Below, one piece after another: positions 1 to 9,742 of a stretch of DNA of 64,000 nt. A model generated the notes under the pieces. It saw only the letters and a program-made list of their open reading frames with translations. It was not told the origin of the DNA and did not search any database. Source of the DNA: Alistipes sp. (GTDB lineage: Bacteria > Bacteroidota > Bacteroidia > Bacteroidales > Rikenellaceae); the NCBI GenBank assembly GCA_045652985.1, contig JAZOLM010000032.1:6916-70915 (forward strand), written 5' to 3'. Made by a program: the position numbers and the translations under genes. Position 1 is the stretch's first letter, and the number at the start of each line of letters is the position of its first letter.

Positions 1-343
1 GTGTCATGCCGGCGCACATCACCTTGCCAATAATCGGAATCTCAACATAGCCCTCCTCATCTACGGTTAGCACCTGGAGATTGTTGCTCGATGTGGTCTG
101 CATTGTGCTGCCAGTCAGCGAGTTGTAGCTTGTGGCAGAGTTGAATGGCACCGCAAGCTCGGGCTTTTGGCTGTTGACCACGACAGTAATCTGGTCGAGT
201 GGCTTAATGCGAATGATGTAGTTATCGGGAACTGTCACCTCAGATCCGCTCTCAATATCTTGTAGATAGAGAATCTTCTGCTGTGTTGAACAGGCGCAAA
301 GCACCATTACCATCACCAATGATAATAGCTTTATAGTTCTCAT
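1..343 (-). CDS. Polysaccharide export lipoprotein, Wza/Poly_export family (partial, runs off window start)
   Basis: Manual translation from ATG at 343: MRTIKLLSLVMVMVLCACSTQQKILYLQD...IKPLDQITVVV...LTVDEEGYVEIPIIGKVMCAGMT. Lipoprotein signal plus Poly_export motif. Missing from the ORF track. Confidence 0.85.
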   Translation of the reverse strand, partial: MRTIKLLSLVMVMVLCACSTQQKILYLQDIESGSEVTVPDNYIIRIKPLDQITVVVNSQKPELAVPFNSATSYNSLTGSTMQTTSSNNLQVLTVDEEGYVEIPIIGKVMCAGMT

Positions 344-514
344 TGAATTCAATTTTTATTGTTGCACAATATTTGTTCGTATCACACAAATATGCTTGTA
401 TACGCATAAATCGTGCAAATATACATATTTTATTACAAATATCGCCTCTTTGCCGCATAATTAATGCGATTGTACGATCTTTCGCCCCTTGCGAGAGTCG
501 TGTGAACAGCGGTT

Positions 515-1291
515 TTAGTTGTTATCTAACCACTCCAAAAAGTCGGATGTGCGGCTGCGGCTCACAATGACCTCAGCCTCCGTATGTGGGATAAGTTGGA
601 GTTTAAGGCGCGTGCCCAGATGCTTCGATATGTTCTCGATGGAGTTTATCGACACAATGTAACTGCGTGATATACGGAAGAATATGCGTGGGTCAAGCAT
701 CTCCTGAATGGTGTCGAGCGAGTAGTCGAGTAGGCGGCAAGAGCCATTGCGACTCACGGCATAGGTGCTCTTATCCTCGGAGTAGCAGTAGGCGATATCG
801 TCTACGGGGGTGATGACAATCTTCTCGCCCGCCTTGACGATGAAGCGCTTTTTGTACACCTTGTCCTGAGCGCGTCCAGCCTTTGAGATCATGTCGAGAA
901 GGGTCTCGAGCTTGGAGCTGCTCTTCGCCTCCATCAGCTCGCGGCAGCGCTCCCAAGCGCGCTTCAGCTCCTCCTCGATAATTGGCTTGAGCAGGTAGTC
1001 GACACTCTTTGCTCGGAATGCCTCAATAGCGTAGTTGTCGTAGGCGGTTGTGATGATGACGTGAGCATTTATCGCAACGCGCTTGAAGATCTCAAAGCAG
1101 ATGCCATCCGAAAGTTCGACATCCATAAAAATTACATCGGCGCCCTCGGGGTTCTCCTCGAGCCATCGTGTGGTGGCGGCCACGGAGGTTAGTGTCATCA
1201 CGATTTGACTATCTGGACAGCAGCGCTCGATTAGCTTCTTGAGGTTTATTTGAGCAGGGATTTCGTCCTCTACGATGAGTACCTTAATCAT
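515..1291 (-). CDS. LytTR-family response regulator
   Basis: Receiver domain (VEDE, FMDVEL, TTAY, YLLKP) followed by LytTR domain (FFRISRSYIV, IVSRSR). Confidence 0.95.
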   Translation of the reverse strand: MIKVLIVEDEIPAQINLKKLIERCCPDSQIVMTLTSVAATTRWLEENPEGADVIFMDVELSDGICFEIFKRVAINAHVIITTAYDNYAIEAFRAKSVDYLLKPIIEEELKRAWERCRELMEAKSSSKLETLLDMISKAGRAQDKVYKKRFIVKAGEKIVITPVDDIAYCYSEDKSTYAVSRNGSCRLLDYSLDTIQEMLDPRIFFRISRSYIVSINSIENISKHLGTRLKLQLIPHTEAEVIVSRSRTSDFLEWLDNN

Positions 1292-2673
1292 ACTATTGGG
1301 AGTTTTACAATAAATTCAGTATCAGTCTTTTCTATGATAATATCTCGGTGCGTAATATCTATGCATTGGCGCTCGATGCTCTTTAGTCCGAGGTGTGTCG
1401 ATGGCTGTCCATGGGTGCGTAGTTGCAGTGTGTTGCGCACCACAATCATGTCGCCCTCGGAGGCTATGCGTATGGTCAGTGGTTGCTCGGCAGAGACGAT
1501 GTTGTGCTTAGTGGCATTTTCTACCAAAAGTTGGACTGAACAGGGAACGATTTGTCTGCTCTTTAGCTCTTCGTCAATCTCTATTTCAACAACCATTCCT
1601 AAGGTGAAGCGCTCCTTCAAAAGGTCGATATACATCCCCGTGAACTCCATCTCTTCGCCCACCGTGACAAGCGGCTTTTGGTCGTTCTTGAGCATATAGC
1701 GATAGGTGTTCGCAAGCTTACGGATAAAGGCACTCGCACGCTCGGTCTCATGCTCTTGAACGAGGTAGTCGAGGATGCCCAATGAGTTGAACAGAAAGTG
1801 GGGGTTTATCTGCTGCTTAAGACGTTCATATTGATACTCTGAGCGATGCTTCAGCTCGCGCTCTTCGCGTAGCTCCTTTCGTGTTGATGTTGAGTATCTT
1901 ACAAGGATGCAGGCGGTTACGATAATTAGGTTTAGAAGAAGCGCAACAAGCAGCGTGGCGACGAACTCCAAGCTGTCGAACGTCGTGGCTGTGAAGTAGG
2001 GTATTTTGAGGTGTATTATTGCCGCAGTACATGGGGGGAGGATGATCGTGGATATCGCAAATATCATGAACATCGGGTATCGCCTTGCGATGCTCCATCT
2101 CCATCTCGGTATGTGTATGTATATTAGGATGTTACCCGCTATTAGCGTGAGCATCGCCCAGGTGCTCTCCAATATCGTCAACATTGTCGTTAGCAGCTCG
2201 CCATCGGTGAATACATCGGTGCGCGAGAGTATGATGTAGCCTACTCGTAGGATGAGTATCGAGAGGGCTATGATGACCACGTGTCGTGCCGATGGACGCC
2301 ATGCGTTGTTGTCGGCATGATAGCGCTTCGCTCTGAGGGTGAATGAGTTGATAGCCAATCCCGATGCTGTGGTGATGAGTAGGGTAGATATGGCGGGCGC
2401 TAACATGTTGTTGGAGATCAATATGGCAATTGGGTGCCATAGCCATAGACCCACCAAAAAGCCAAATATCGTGGCTGCGAGGGTGAGTACTGCCATCATC
2501 TCAAAGCGTATGTTGTTGCGTATGGAGATGATCATGACCATGGTTATGGTTAGCACAGTTAGGGGTATGTCATCGTAGTAGTCGATTATGCGGCTTACGA
2601 GGGCAACGGCGAAGTGTAGTAGGGCGAAGAGCACTACCAGCATAGTGTTGTTTATGGAGTTGATTTTTGCCAT
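1288..2673 (-). CDS. LytS-type membrane sensor histidine kinase
   Basis: Many TM helices, then QINPHFLFNSL and LVENATKH motifs. Overlaps the response regulator start. Start at 2673 (MAKINS) preferred over 2691. Confidence 0.92.
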   Translation of the reverse strand: MAKINSINNTMLVVLFALLHFAVALVSRIIDYYDDIPLTVLTITMVMIISIRNNIRFEMMAVLTLAATIFGFLVGLWLWHPIAILISNNMLAPAISTLLITTASGLAINSFTLRAKRYHADNNAWRPSARHVVIIALSILILRVGYIILSRTDVFTDGELLTTMLTILESTWAMLTLIAGNILIYIHIPRWRWSIARRYPMFMIFAISTIILPPCTAAIIHLKIPYFTATTFDSLEFVATLLVALLLNLIIVTACILVRYSTSTRKELREERELKHRSEYQYERLKQQINPHFLFNSLGILDYLVQEHETERASAFIRKLANTYRYMLKNDQKPLVTVGEEMEFTGMYIDLLKERFTLGMVVEIEIDEELKSRQIVPCSVQLLVENATKHNIVSAEQPLTIRIASEGDMIVVRNTLQLRTHGQPSTHLGLKSIERQCIDITHRDIIIEKTDTEFIVKLPIV

Positions 2674-2788
2674 AATCTGCAAAATTAGCAAGAAATTATC
2701 AAAATGCCAAATTTCGAGCCTTTTATGGCGGTGTGCCGCTGGGCGTATCTATGATACGTAGCTCTATCTGCGAACTATTTGTATTGGG

Positions 2789-2858
2789 CTATTCGGATGT
2801 AAAATTTACCATTCGGGTCAAATATCGTGCAGTTCGTCAAGAATTATTACCCTTTGGG
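2789..2858 (+). promoter_or_regulatory. Putative LytTR binding sites (four imperfect 9-bp direct repeats)
   Basis: CTATTCGGA 2789, CCATTCGGG 2809, CAGTTCGTC 2830, CCCTTTGGG 2850; period 20-21 bp; located between the divergent TCS and the PUL. Confidence 0.5.
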
Positions 2859-2995
2859 TAGTTTTAATTTGGATATTATAAATTTTTTTGTAAAATTTGT
2901 AGTGATATAACTGTGTAGTTATGTAAATTTTTTAATAATGCATTTTGAGCATTGTTGAAAGCAGAGTTAAGAAACAATAAACAAATATTACTTTT

Positions 2996-4894
2996 ATGCA
3001 AAAACCTAATCTTTCATTCGGACAGATGTGGAATCTGAGCTTTGGTTTCTTTGGCGTGCAGATTGCCTACGCCTTGCAGAGCGCCAATATCAGCCGCATC
3101 TTTGCAACGTTGGGTGCCGATCCCCATACGTTGAGCATCTTCTGGGTGCTACCTCCGCTTATGGGTATGATTGTCCAGCCTATCGTAGGCTCTATGAGCG
3201 ATAAGACTTGGTGTAAGTGGGGTCGTCGTAAGCCCTATCTCTTCATTGGCGCTATTGTGGCTATCATCGTGATGGCATTGTTGCCAAACTCTGGTAGCTT
3301 CGACATGACAATCAAGGCAGCGCTGGCATTTGGTGCTATTATGCTTATGTTGCTCGATACTTCAATTAACATGGCGATGCAGCCATTTAAGATGTTGGTG
3401 GGCGATATGGTCAACGACGAGCAGAAGACCAAGGCATACTCTATCCAGAGTCTGTTGTGTAATGCTGGCTCGCTTGTGGGTTATCTGTTGCCATTCTGCC
3501 TCACATGGATTGGCGTAAGCAATATTGCTCCTGAGGGCGTTATCCCTCCATCGGTGACATGGTCGTTCTACATTGGCGCTGCTATCCTTATTCTCTGCGT
3601 TCTTTATACTGGCGCGAAGGTTAAGGAGTGGAATCCTGAGGACTACGCTAAGTATAACAACATCAAGAAGGAGGAGCAGGAGGAGAAGACCAATATGTTC
3701 AAGCTCCTTGTCAATGCTCCTAAGAGTTTCTGGCAGATCGGCCTTGTACAGTTCTTCTCATGGTTCGCATTCCTCTTTATGTGGACATACACCACTGGTG
3801 GTATTGCCGAGAACGTCACAGCATGGCAGACTATCGATCCTAATAGCCCCGACTATCAGGATGCAGGTGACTGGACAGGTGTGCTCTTCGCGGTTCAGGC
3901 TGTTGGCTCAATCTTGTGGGCCATGGCGTTGCCACGCTTCAAGAGTGTAAAGATGGCCTACTCGTTAAGCCTTGTGCTTGGTGCGTTGGGCTTCATCTCG
4001 ACATACTTTATCACCGATCAGTATGCACTCTTCGTATCGTTCTTGCTTATCGGCTGCGCATGGGCTGCAATGTTGGCACTCCCATTTGCGATGCTCACAA
4101 GCTCGTTGTCTGGTAAGTCGCTCGGTACCTATATGGGTCTATTCAACTGCACAATCTGTCTTCCACAGATTATCGCAGCGTTGGTCGGTATGTTTGTCAT
4201 GAAGCAGGTGGGTACTGAGAGCTACGTTAACGAGTTGAATTACCCCAAGAGTGTGAAGGTTGAGAATTGCAATATCGTGGCCGAGAACAATAAGGATGCC
4301 GATTCGCCTATATTGTATCCTATGTCGTATGATAAGGAGAACAAGCGCTACGTATGCGAGAATATCGATGCATCTGTTATCGAGGGTAAGTTCCATATCG
4401 AGGCTAACAATAGTGAGGTGAAGTATGGTACTAAGGCTGGCGCTGCCACCTCGCGTATCAGCCCTAACGAGGCCTTCGGTTTGACTGCCACTACGGGCAA
4501 AGCCGAGATTAAGGATATTCATGTCGAGAAGCAGAATGATAATGGCGATAAGGTAGAGATGGATGACGTAGTGTCGGTATACTTCTACCCAGGTTGCGAT
4601 CGCCTCTTCGTTATGGAGAGTTCATGGAATAACGGAGGAAGTATCCTTGCCAAGTGTCCTATATGTGGCTTCAATATCAGTGTGAAAGAGTCTGTGCTGA
4701 ATGAGTATGGTGATGTATTGCCTATGTGTCCTCACTGCGGGGAGCAGCAGACACGAATGGTTAAGAGCCACGACGTGATGGCTATCATGCCTAAGGGAAC
4801 AAGCGGTCAGATTAACATGTTCATCATCGCTGGTATAGCACTCTTGCTTGGCGCAGTTGCCGTATTTGGCATTAATACACGCCGCAAGGAGTAG
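2996..4894 (+). CDS. MFS maltose/maltodextrin transporter (MalT/SLC45-like) with ~200-aa soluble insertion
   Basis: N-terminal LSFGFFGVQIAYALQ, SDKTW..WGRRKPY, GLFNCTICLPQI; extra hydrophilic domain before the last TM helix. Confidence 0.9.
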   Translation: MQKPNLSFGQMWNLSFGFFGVQIAYALQSANISRIFATLGADPHTLSIFWVLPPLMGMIVQPIVGSMSDKTWCKWGRRKPYLFIGAIVAIIVMALLPNSGSFDMTIKAALAFGAIMLMLLDTSINMAMQPFKMLVGDMVNDEQKTKAYSIQSLLCNAGSLVGYLLPFCLTWIGVSNIAPEGVIPPSVTWSFYIGAAILILCVLYTGAKVKEWNPEDYAKYNNIKKEEQEEKTNMFKLLVNAPKSFWQIGLVQFFSWFAFLFMWTYTTGGIAENVTAWQTIDPNSPDYQDAGDWTGVLFAVQAVGSILWAMALPRFKSVKMAYSLSLVLGALGFISTYFITDQYALFVSFLLIGCAWAAMLALPFAMLTSSLSGKSLGTYMGLFNCTICLPQIIAALVGMFVMKQVGTESYVNELNYPKSVKVENCNIVAENNKDADSPILYPMSYDKENKRYVCENIDASVIEGKFHIEANNSEVKYGTKAGAATSRISPNEAFGLTATTGKAEIKDIHVEKQNDNGDKVEMDDVVSVYFYPGCDRLFVMESSWNNGGSILAKCPICGFNISVKESVLNEYGDVLPMCPHCGEQQTRMVKSHDVMAIMPKGTSGQINMFIIAGIALLLGAVAVFGINTRRKE

Positions 4895-4901
4895 TAACAA
4901 C

Positions 4902-4931
4902 CGAGTCGACTCGGAGCTCCGAGTTGACTCG
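4902..4931. other. Near-perfect palindrome between the MFS gene and susC
   Basis: CGAGTCGACTCGGAG|CTCCGAGTTGACTCG, one mismatch, no U-tract. Confidence 0.6.
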
Positions 4932-5003
4932 AGTATAGAGATTTAAGAAACAATCGATACAAATCATACATTAACTAACTTTATTAACTAACACTAAAAC
5001 ACT

Positions 5004-8000
5004 ATGAGAAAATTCTTAACTATGTGTTTGGGTCTTGCCCTCCTCGCGATGGCAGTTCCCGTCCAAGTGTTTGCCCAGAGCAAATACGAGGTGAAGGGTG
5101 TGGTAGTTGATACTACCGGTACACCGGTTATTGGAGCCACTGTTCTTGAGCAGGGTACCACTAATGGTGTAACCACTGATCTCAATGGTCAGTACACACT
5201 TAAGGTTCAGAGCCAAGAGTCTATCATTGTAATCAGCTTTATCGGTTACAAGACTCAGAGCTTGGTGGCTTCATCAACCAATCTTCAGAATGTAGTCCTT
5301 GAGGAGGACTCAGCGATGATTGAGGATGTTGTAGTCATCGGTTATGGTACCGTGAAGAAGAACGACCTTACTGGTTCGGTTTCTACCGTTAAGGCAGACC
5401 AGACCAACAAGGGTCTTGCAACTTCACCAACCGACTTGCTTCGTGGTAAGTCTGCAGGTGTTGTTATCACCTCTGGTGATGGTGCTCCTGGTTCAGCAGC
5501 ACAGATCCGTATCCGTGGTGGTTCATCACTCCATGCATCTAACGAACCATTGGTAGTTGTCGATGGTTTGCCAATCTCTAACTCTGGTATCTCTGGTGTA
5601 GGTAATGCTTTGGCATCTATCAACCCAGCGGATATCGAGTCATTCACCGTATTGAAGGATGCTTCGGCTACAGCTATCTACGGTTCACGTGCATCTAACG
5701 GTGTCATCATCATCACTACTAAGAAGGGTTCGAAGTACGATTCAGCAGTGCCAAAGGTATCGGTTGATTTCACTGCATCGTTGAGCCAGAATGCTAAGTA
5801 TGTTGACGTTATGACCGGCGACGAGATGCGTCAGGCTTTGGAGTGGTACTACGGTACTCAGGATACTGATGCTTACCGCTCAGCAACTAAGTATCTTGAC
5901 GCTAATGGTAACTACGTTAACACCGATTGGCAACGCGAGATCTATCAGCTTGCTCAGTCATATGAGGGTAACGTAGCATTGTCTGGTAACGTTAAGATGG
6001 GTCCTAAGAACAACCTTCCTTATCGTGTCTCTTACGGTTACTTGAACCAGGATGGTACTTTGAAGACATCTAACATGTCTCGTCACACTCTCTCGGTTAA
6101 CCTTAACCCACAGCTTTTGGACAACCACCTTACTATCAGCTTGAACGGTAAGGGTATGATTATGGACAACCGCTTCGCTAACACTGGTGCGGTATCACAG
6201 GCTGTTCAGTTCGATCCTACTAAGCCAGTATTCCTCGCAGACGAGGAGGGTGGCATCAATGGCTACTACACATGGCGTGGTGTTGATGGTAAGCACAACA
6301 CAATGGCTAACCAGAACCCAGTAGCTTTGCTTAACGATAAGGTTGACCTCTCGAACGCTAAGCGTTTCGTAGGTAACGCTCAGATCGACTATAAGATCCA
6401 CGGTTTCGAGGATCTTCGTCTTAACTTGAACCTCGGTGTTGACGTATCGAAGTCAAACGGTACTGTTGACGTAGCTCCTGGTGCTGAGCAGTCACGCCAC
6501 GCTACCGCAGAGGCTGGTTCAGGTTACCACACTGACTACTCGCAGCTTAAGCGTGACCAGACTTTGGAGTTCTACGCTGCTTACGCTCACACTTGGGGTG
6601 ACCACGCATTCGACATCATGGCTGGTTACTCATGGCAGCACTACTACTATCAGAACTACAACGCTCAGTACCGTGTAGCTGATGTGTCTAAGTGGGATGT
6701 TGACTCTAAGGAGCCTTATGTAGCTTTGGATTCAACTGCTACTAACTACTGGATAGCAGAGCCTAAGGTATCTAAGGGTGAGTACTTCCTCATTTCATTC
6801 TTCGGTCGTGCTAACTACTCTTATGCAAACCGTTACTCTATCACTGCTACATTGCGTGCCGATGGTACTTCACGTTTTGCTAACAACAAGTGGGGTATCT
6901 TCCCATCTGTAGCTTTGGCATGGAACGCTAAGAATGAGTCATTCTTGGAGGATGTTGACGCTGTATCAGCATTGAAGGTACGTTTGAGCTACGGTCAGAC
7001 TGGTCAGCAGGATGTTGGTGGCTTGTACGATGCACTTCCTACCTATTATCATAATACACTCGGTTCATACTACCCATTCGGTGGTTATGGTGAGGGTGCT
7101 GGTTTGATCTTCCCTATCAAGCCTGTTGGTTACAACGCCGACCTTAAGTGGGAGACTACAACTACCTACAACGCAGGTGTTGACCTCGGTTTCTTGGATG
7201 GTCGTTTGACTGCAAGTGCTGATTTCTACTATCGTGAGACTAAGGACCTCTTGAACTTTACTCCAGTTCCTGCAGGTGCTAACCTTACAAACTACCTCAA
7301 TGCAAACATCGGTGACTTGAAGAATATCGGTGTTGAGGTCGAGTTGAACGCTATCGCTATCCAGACTAAGGATTGGTACTGGAACATCGGCGCTAACGTA
7401 GCATGGAATAAGAATGAGATTACTCGTTTGACTAACGACGACGAGGCTGAGGGTTACTACGGTGTTGATACTGGTGGTTACTCAGGTGGTGTTGGTGGTA
7501 CTTGCCAGGTACACCAGACAGGCCAGCCTACATACTCATTCTACGTATACCAGCAGATCTACGATGAGAATGGTCGTCCTATCGAGGGCTTGTATGTTGA
7601 CCGCAATGGTGATGGTACTGTAAACGAGCAGGATAAGTATGTTTACAAGAAGGCAGCTCCAGATGTAACTGTTGGTTTCAACACTCAGCTCTCTTGGAAG
7701 AACCTTACTTTGGCTATCGCAGCTCACGCTAACATCGGTAACTACGTTTACGACAACATCTCTTCAAATGGTGAGCTTTTGACCGACCTTTGGACAAACA
7801 ACTTCACTAACAACCGTGTTGTTACTGCTCCTGTTACCAACTTCCGTACTTCAGGTCAGTACTTGTCTGACTACTACGTTCGCAACGCATCATTCTTGAA
7901 GCTTGATAACATCACTTTGAGCTATCGCTTCAACCTTGGTAAGGCTTGCCAGCGTGACCTCACTCTCGACTTGTTCGGTACTGTATCTAACGTTGCTACT

Positions 8001-8105
8001 ATCACTGGTTATAAGGGTATCGACCCTGAGATTGCTGGCGGTATTGACAACAATATGTACCCACGTCCTCGCACCTATATCCTTGGTGTGAAGTTCAATT
8101 TCTAA
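5004..8105 (+). CDS. susC: SusC/RagA TonB-dependent transporter
   Basis: Carboxypeptidase-like N-domain, VLKDASATAIYGSRASNGVIIITTK plug signature, C-terminal YPRPRTYILGVKFNF. Confidence 0.97.
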   Translation: MRKFLTMCLGLALLAMAVPVQVFAQSKYEVKGVVVDTTGTPVIGATVLEQGTTNGVTTDLNGQYTLKVQSQESIIVISFIGYKTQSLVASSTNLQNVVLEEDSAMIEDVVVIGYGTVKKNDLTGSVSTVKADQTNKGLATSPTDLLRGKSAGVVITSGDGAPGSAAQIRIRGGSSLHASNEPLVVVDGLPISNSGISGVGNALASINPADIESFTVLKDASATAIYGSRASNGVIIITTKKGSKYDSAVPKVSVDFTASLSQNAKYVDVMTGDEMRQALEWYYGTQDTDAYRSATKYLDANGNYVNTDWQREIYQLAQSYEGNVALSGNVKMGPKNNLPYRVSYGYLNQDGTLKTSNMSRHTLSVNLNPQLLDNHLTISLNGKGMIMDNRFANTGAVSQAVQFDPTKPVFLADEEGGINGYYTWRGVDGKHNTMANQNPVALLNDKVDLSNAKRFVGNAQIDYKIHGFEDLRLNLNLGVDVSKSNGTVDVAPGAEQSRHATAEAGSGYHTDYSQLKRDQTLEFYAAYAHTWGDHAFDIMAGYSWQHYYYQNYNAQYRVADVSKWDVDSKEPYVALDSTATNYWIAEPKVSKGEYFLISFFGRANYSYANRYSITATLRADGTSRFANNKWGIFPSVALAWNAKNESFLEDVDAVSALKVRLSYGQTGQQDVGGLYDALPTYYHNTLGSYYPFGGYGEGAGLIFPIKPVGYNADLKWETTTTYNAGVDLGFLDGRLTASADFYYRETKDLLNFTPVPAGANLTNYLNANIGDLKNIGVEVELNAIAIQTKDWYWNIGANVAWNKNEITRLTNDDEAEGYYGVDTGGYSGGVGGTCQVHQTGQPTYSFYVYQQIYDENGRPIEGLYVDRNGDGTVNEQDKYVYKKAAPDVTVGFNTQLSWKNLTLAIAAHANIGNYVYDNISSNGELLTDLWTNNFTNNRVVTAPVTNFRTSGQYLSDYYVRNASFLKLDNITLSYRFNLGKACQRDLTLDLFGTVSNVATITGYKGIDPEIAGGIDNNMYPRPRTYILGVKFNF

Positions 8106-8128
8106 TCGCCTAAAATCGAATTAGTATT

Positions 8129-9700
8129 ATGAAAAATATCAAAATTTTAATGATGTCTTTTGTCGCAGTGGCTACACTCGGCTTGAGCTCATGCGTTAAC
8201 GACTTGGAGACTACTCCAATCGATCCTAACGTACAGCTTCCACAGGACGTGTTGAAGGATGAGGCAGCATTCGAGGCTTTGCTTGCAAAGTGCTACCAGG
8301 GTCTTGCTTGCTCATCATCCGATGGCGCTAACGGTGGTCCAGATATTAACGGTGTTGACGGTGGTTTCGGTCAGTACCTTCGTGCTTACTTCAACCTCCA
8401 GTGCTTGACTACTGATGAGGCTACTTGCTGCTGGAATGATACAGGTCTTCCAGATATGCACAACATGAACTGGCAGGCATCTAACCAGTTTATCGTTGCT
8501 ATGTACTACCGTATTTTCTACCAGGTAGGTCTCTGCAACGAGCTTATCCGCCAGGTGAACAATAACCCTGCAGGTGTTGAGTTCCAGAACAAGGGCGCTC
8601 TTATCGCTGAGGCTCGCGCACTTCGTGCCTTGTCTTACTACCACGCTATCGATATGTTCGGTAACGTACCTTTCTCTACTGAGAACGATGCAGTAGGCGC
8701 TACTGGCCCACGTCAGATTAGCCGTGCCGACCTCTTCAACTATGTTGAGAAGGAGTGTAAGGAGCTTATCGCAGGTAACGACCTCGCAGCTGAGGGTACT
8801 AACGTATACGGTCGCTGCGACAAGGGCTTCGTGAAGATGATTCTTGCTAAGTTGTACCTCAACGCTGAGGTTTACATCGGTGAGGACCGCTACGCTGAGT
8901 GTGCTGCTATCTGCGAGGATCTCGTAGGTAAGTACAACCTCCACACAAACTTCGCTGAGTTGTTCTGCGCAGATAACCACCTTCAGACTGCTAATGCTAC
9001 TTTCGGTGCAAGCAACGAGATTATCTTCGCTGTTCCTCACGATGGTATCAACACAACCTCTTACGGTGGTACTAACTTCCTCATCTTCGCTGGTACAGGT
9101 GGCGACATGAACGCGGCTGCTGCTGGTATCTCTTCTGGTTGGGGTGGTTTGTCAGTAACTAAGCAGGTTGCTGAGCGCTACGCTGAGGGCGATGCTCGTG
9201 CTATGTTCTTCACCGACTACGGCACTGAGATCGTTGATATCTTCACCTTCACATCAGGTGGTTACAAGTCACAGAAGTTCACAAACGTTAACCACGATGG
9301 TTCTGCTGCGCAGACTACAGGTTTCGTAGATACCGACTTCCCATTGTTCCGTGTTGCTGATGCTCACCTTATGTTGGCTGAGTGTGCTGCGCGTGGTAAG
9401 GCAGACAATGCTAAGGGTCTTGCATCATTGAACGCAGTTCGTCAGCGTGCAGGTCTTGAAGCAGTAACATCTTTCACAGCTCAGGATGTTCTTGATGAGC
9501 GTTCACGCGAGTTCTTGTGGGAGGGTTGCCGTCGTTCAGACCTTATCCGCTTCGGCCAGTTCACAACTGCTGACTATGTTTGGGAGTACAAGGGTGCAGC
9601 TAAGGAGGGCGCAGCTGTTGCTGACCACCGTAACCTCTTCCCATTGCCACCAGCAGACGTAAACGCTAACAGCAACCTTACGCAGAACGCTGGTTACTAA
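8129..9700 (+). CDS. susD: SusD glycan-binding lipoprotein (starch-type)
   Basis: Lipobox LSSC, EARALRALSYY, ERSREFLWEGCRRSDLIRFG, C-terminal QNAGY. Confidence 0.96.
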   Translation: MKNIKILMMSFVAVATLGLSSCVNDLETTPIDPNVQLPQDVLKDEAAFEALLAKCYQGLACSSSDGANGGPDINGVDGGFGQYLRAYFNLQCLTTDEATCCWNDTGLPDMHNMNWQASNQFIVAMYYRIFYQVGLCNELIRQVNNNPAGVEFQNKGALIAEARALRALSYYHAIDMFGNVPFSTENDAVGATGPRQISRADLFNYVEKECKELIAGNDLAAEGTNVYGRCDKGFVKMILAKLYLNAEVYIGEDRYAECAAICEDLVGKYNLHTNFAELFCADNHLQTANATFGASNEIIFAVPHDGINTTSYGGTNFLIFAGTGGDMNAAAAGISSGWGGLSVTKQVAERYAEGDARAMFFTDYGTEIVDIFTFTSGGYKSQKFTNVNHDGSAAQTTGFVDTDFPLFRVADAHLMLAECAARGKADNAKGLASLNAVRQRAGLEAVTSFTAQDVLDERSREFLWEGCRRSDLIRFGQFTTADYVWEYKGAAKEGAAVADHRNLFPLPPADVNANSNLTQNAGY

Positions 9701-9742
9701 TAGATTTAGTTAGTCCCGTAAAACGAATAAAACTAACAGGAA

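Noticed and set aside
252-570. ORFs 252-458 and 343-570
   Set aside because: They overlap the real Wza-type gene start and its promoter region; no coding features.
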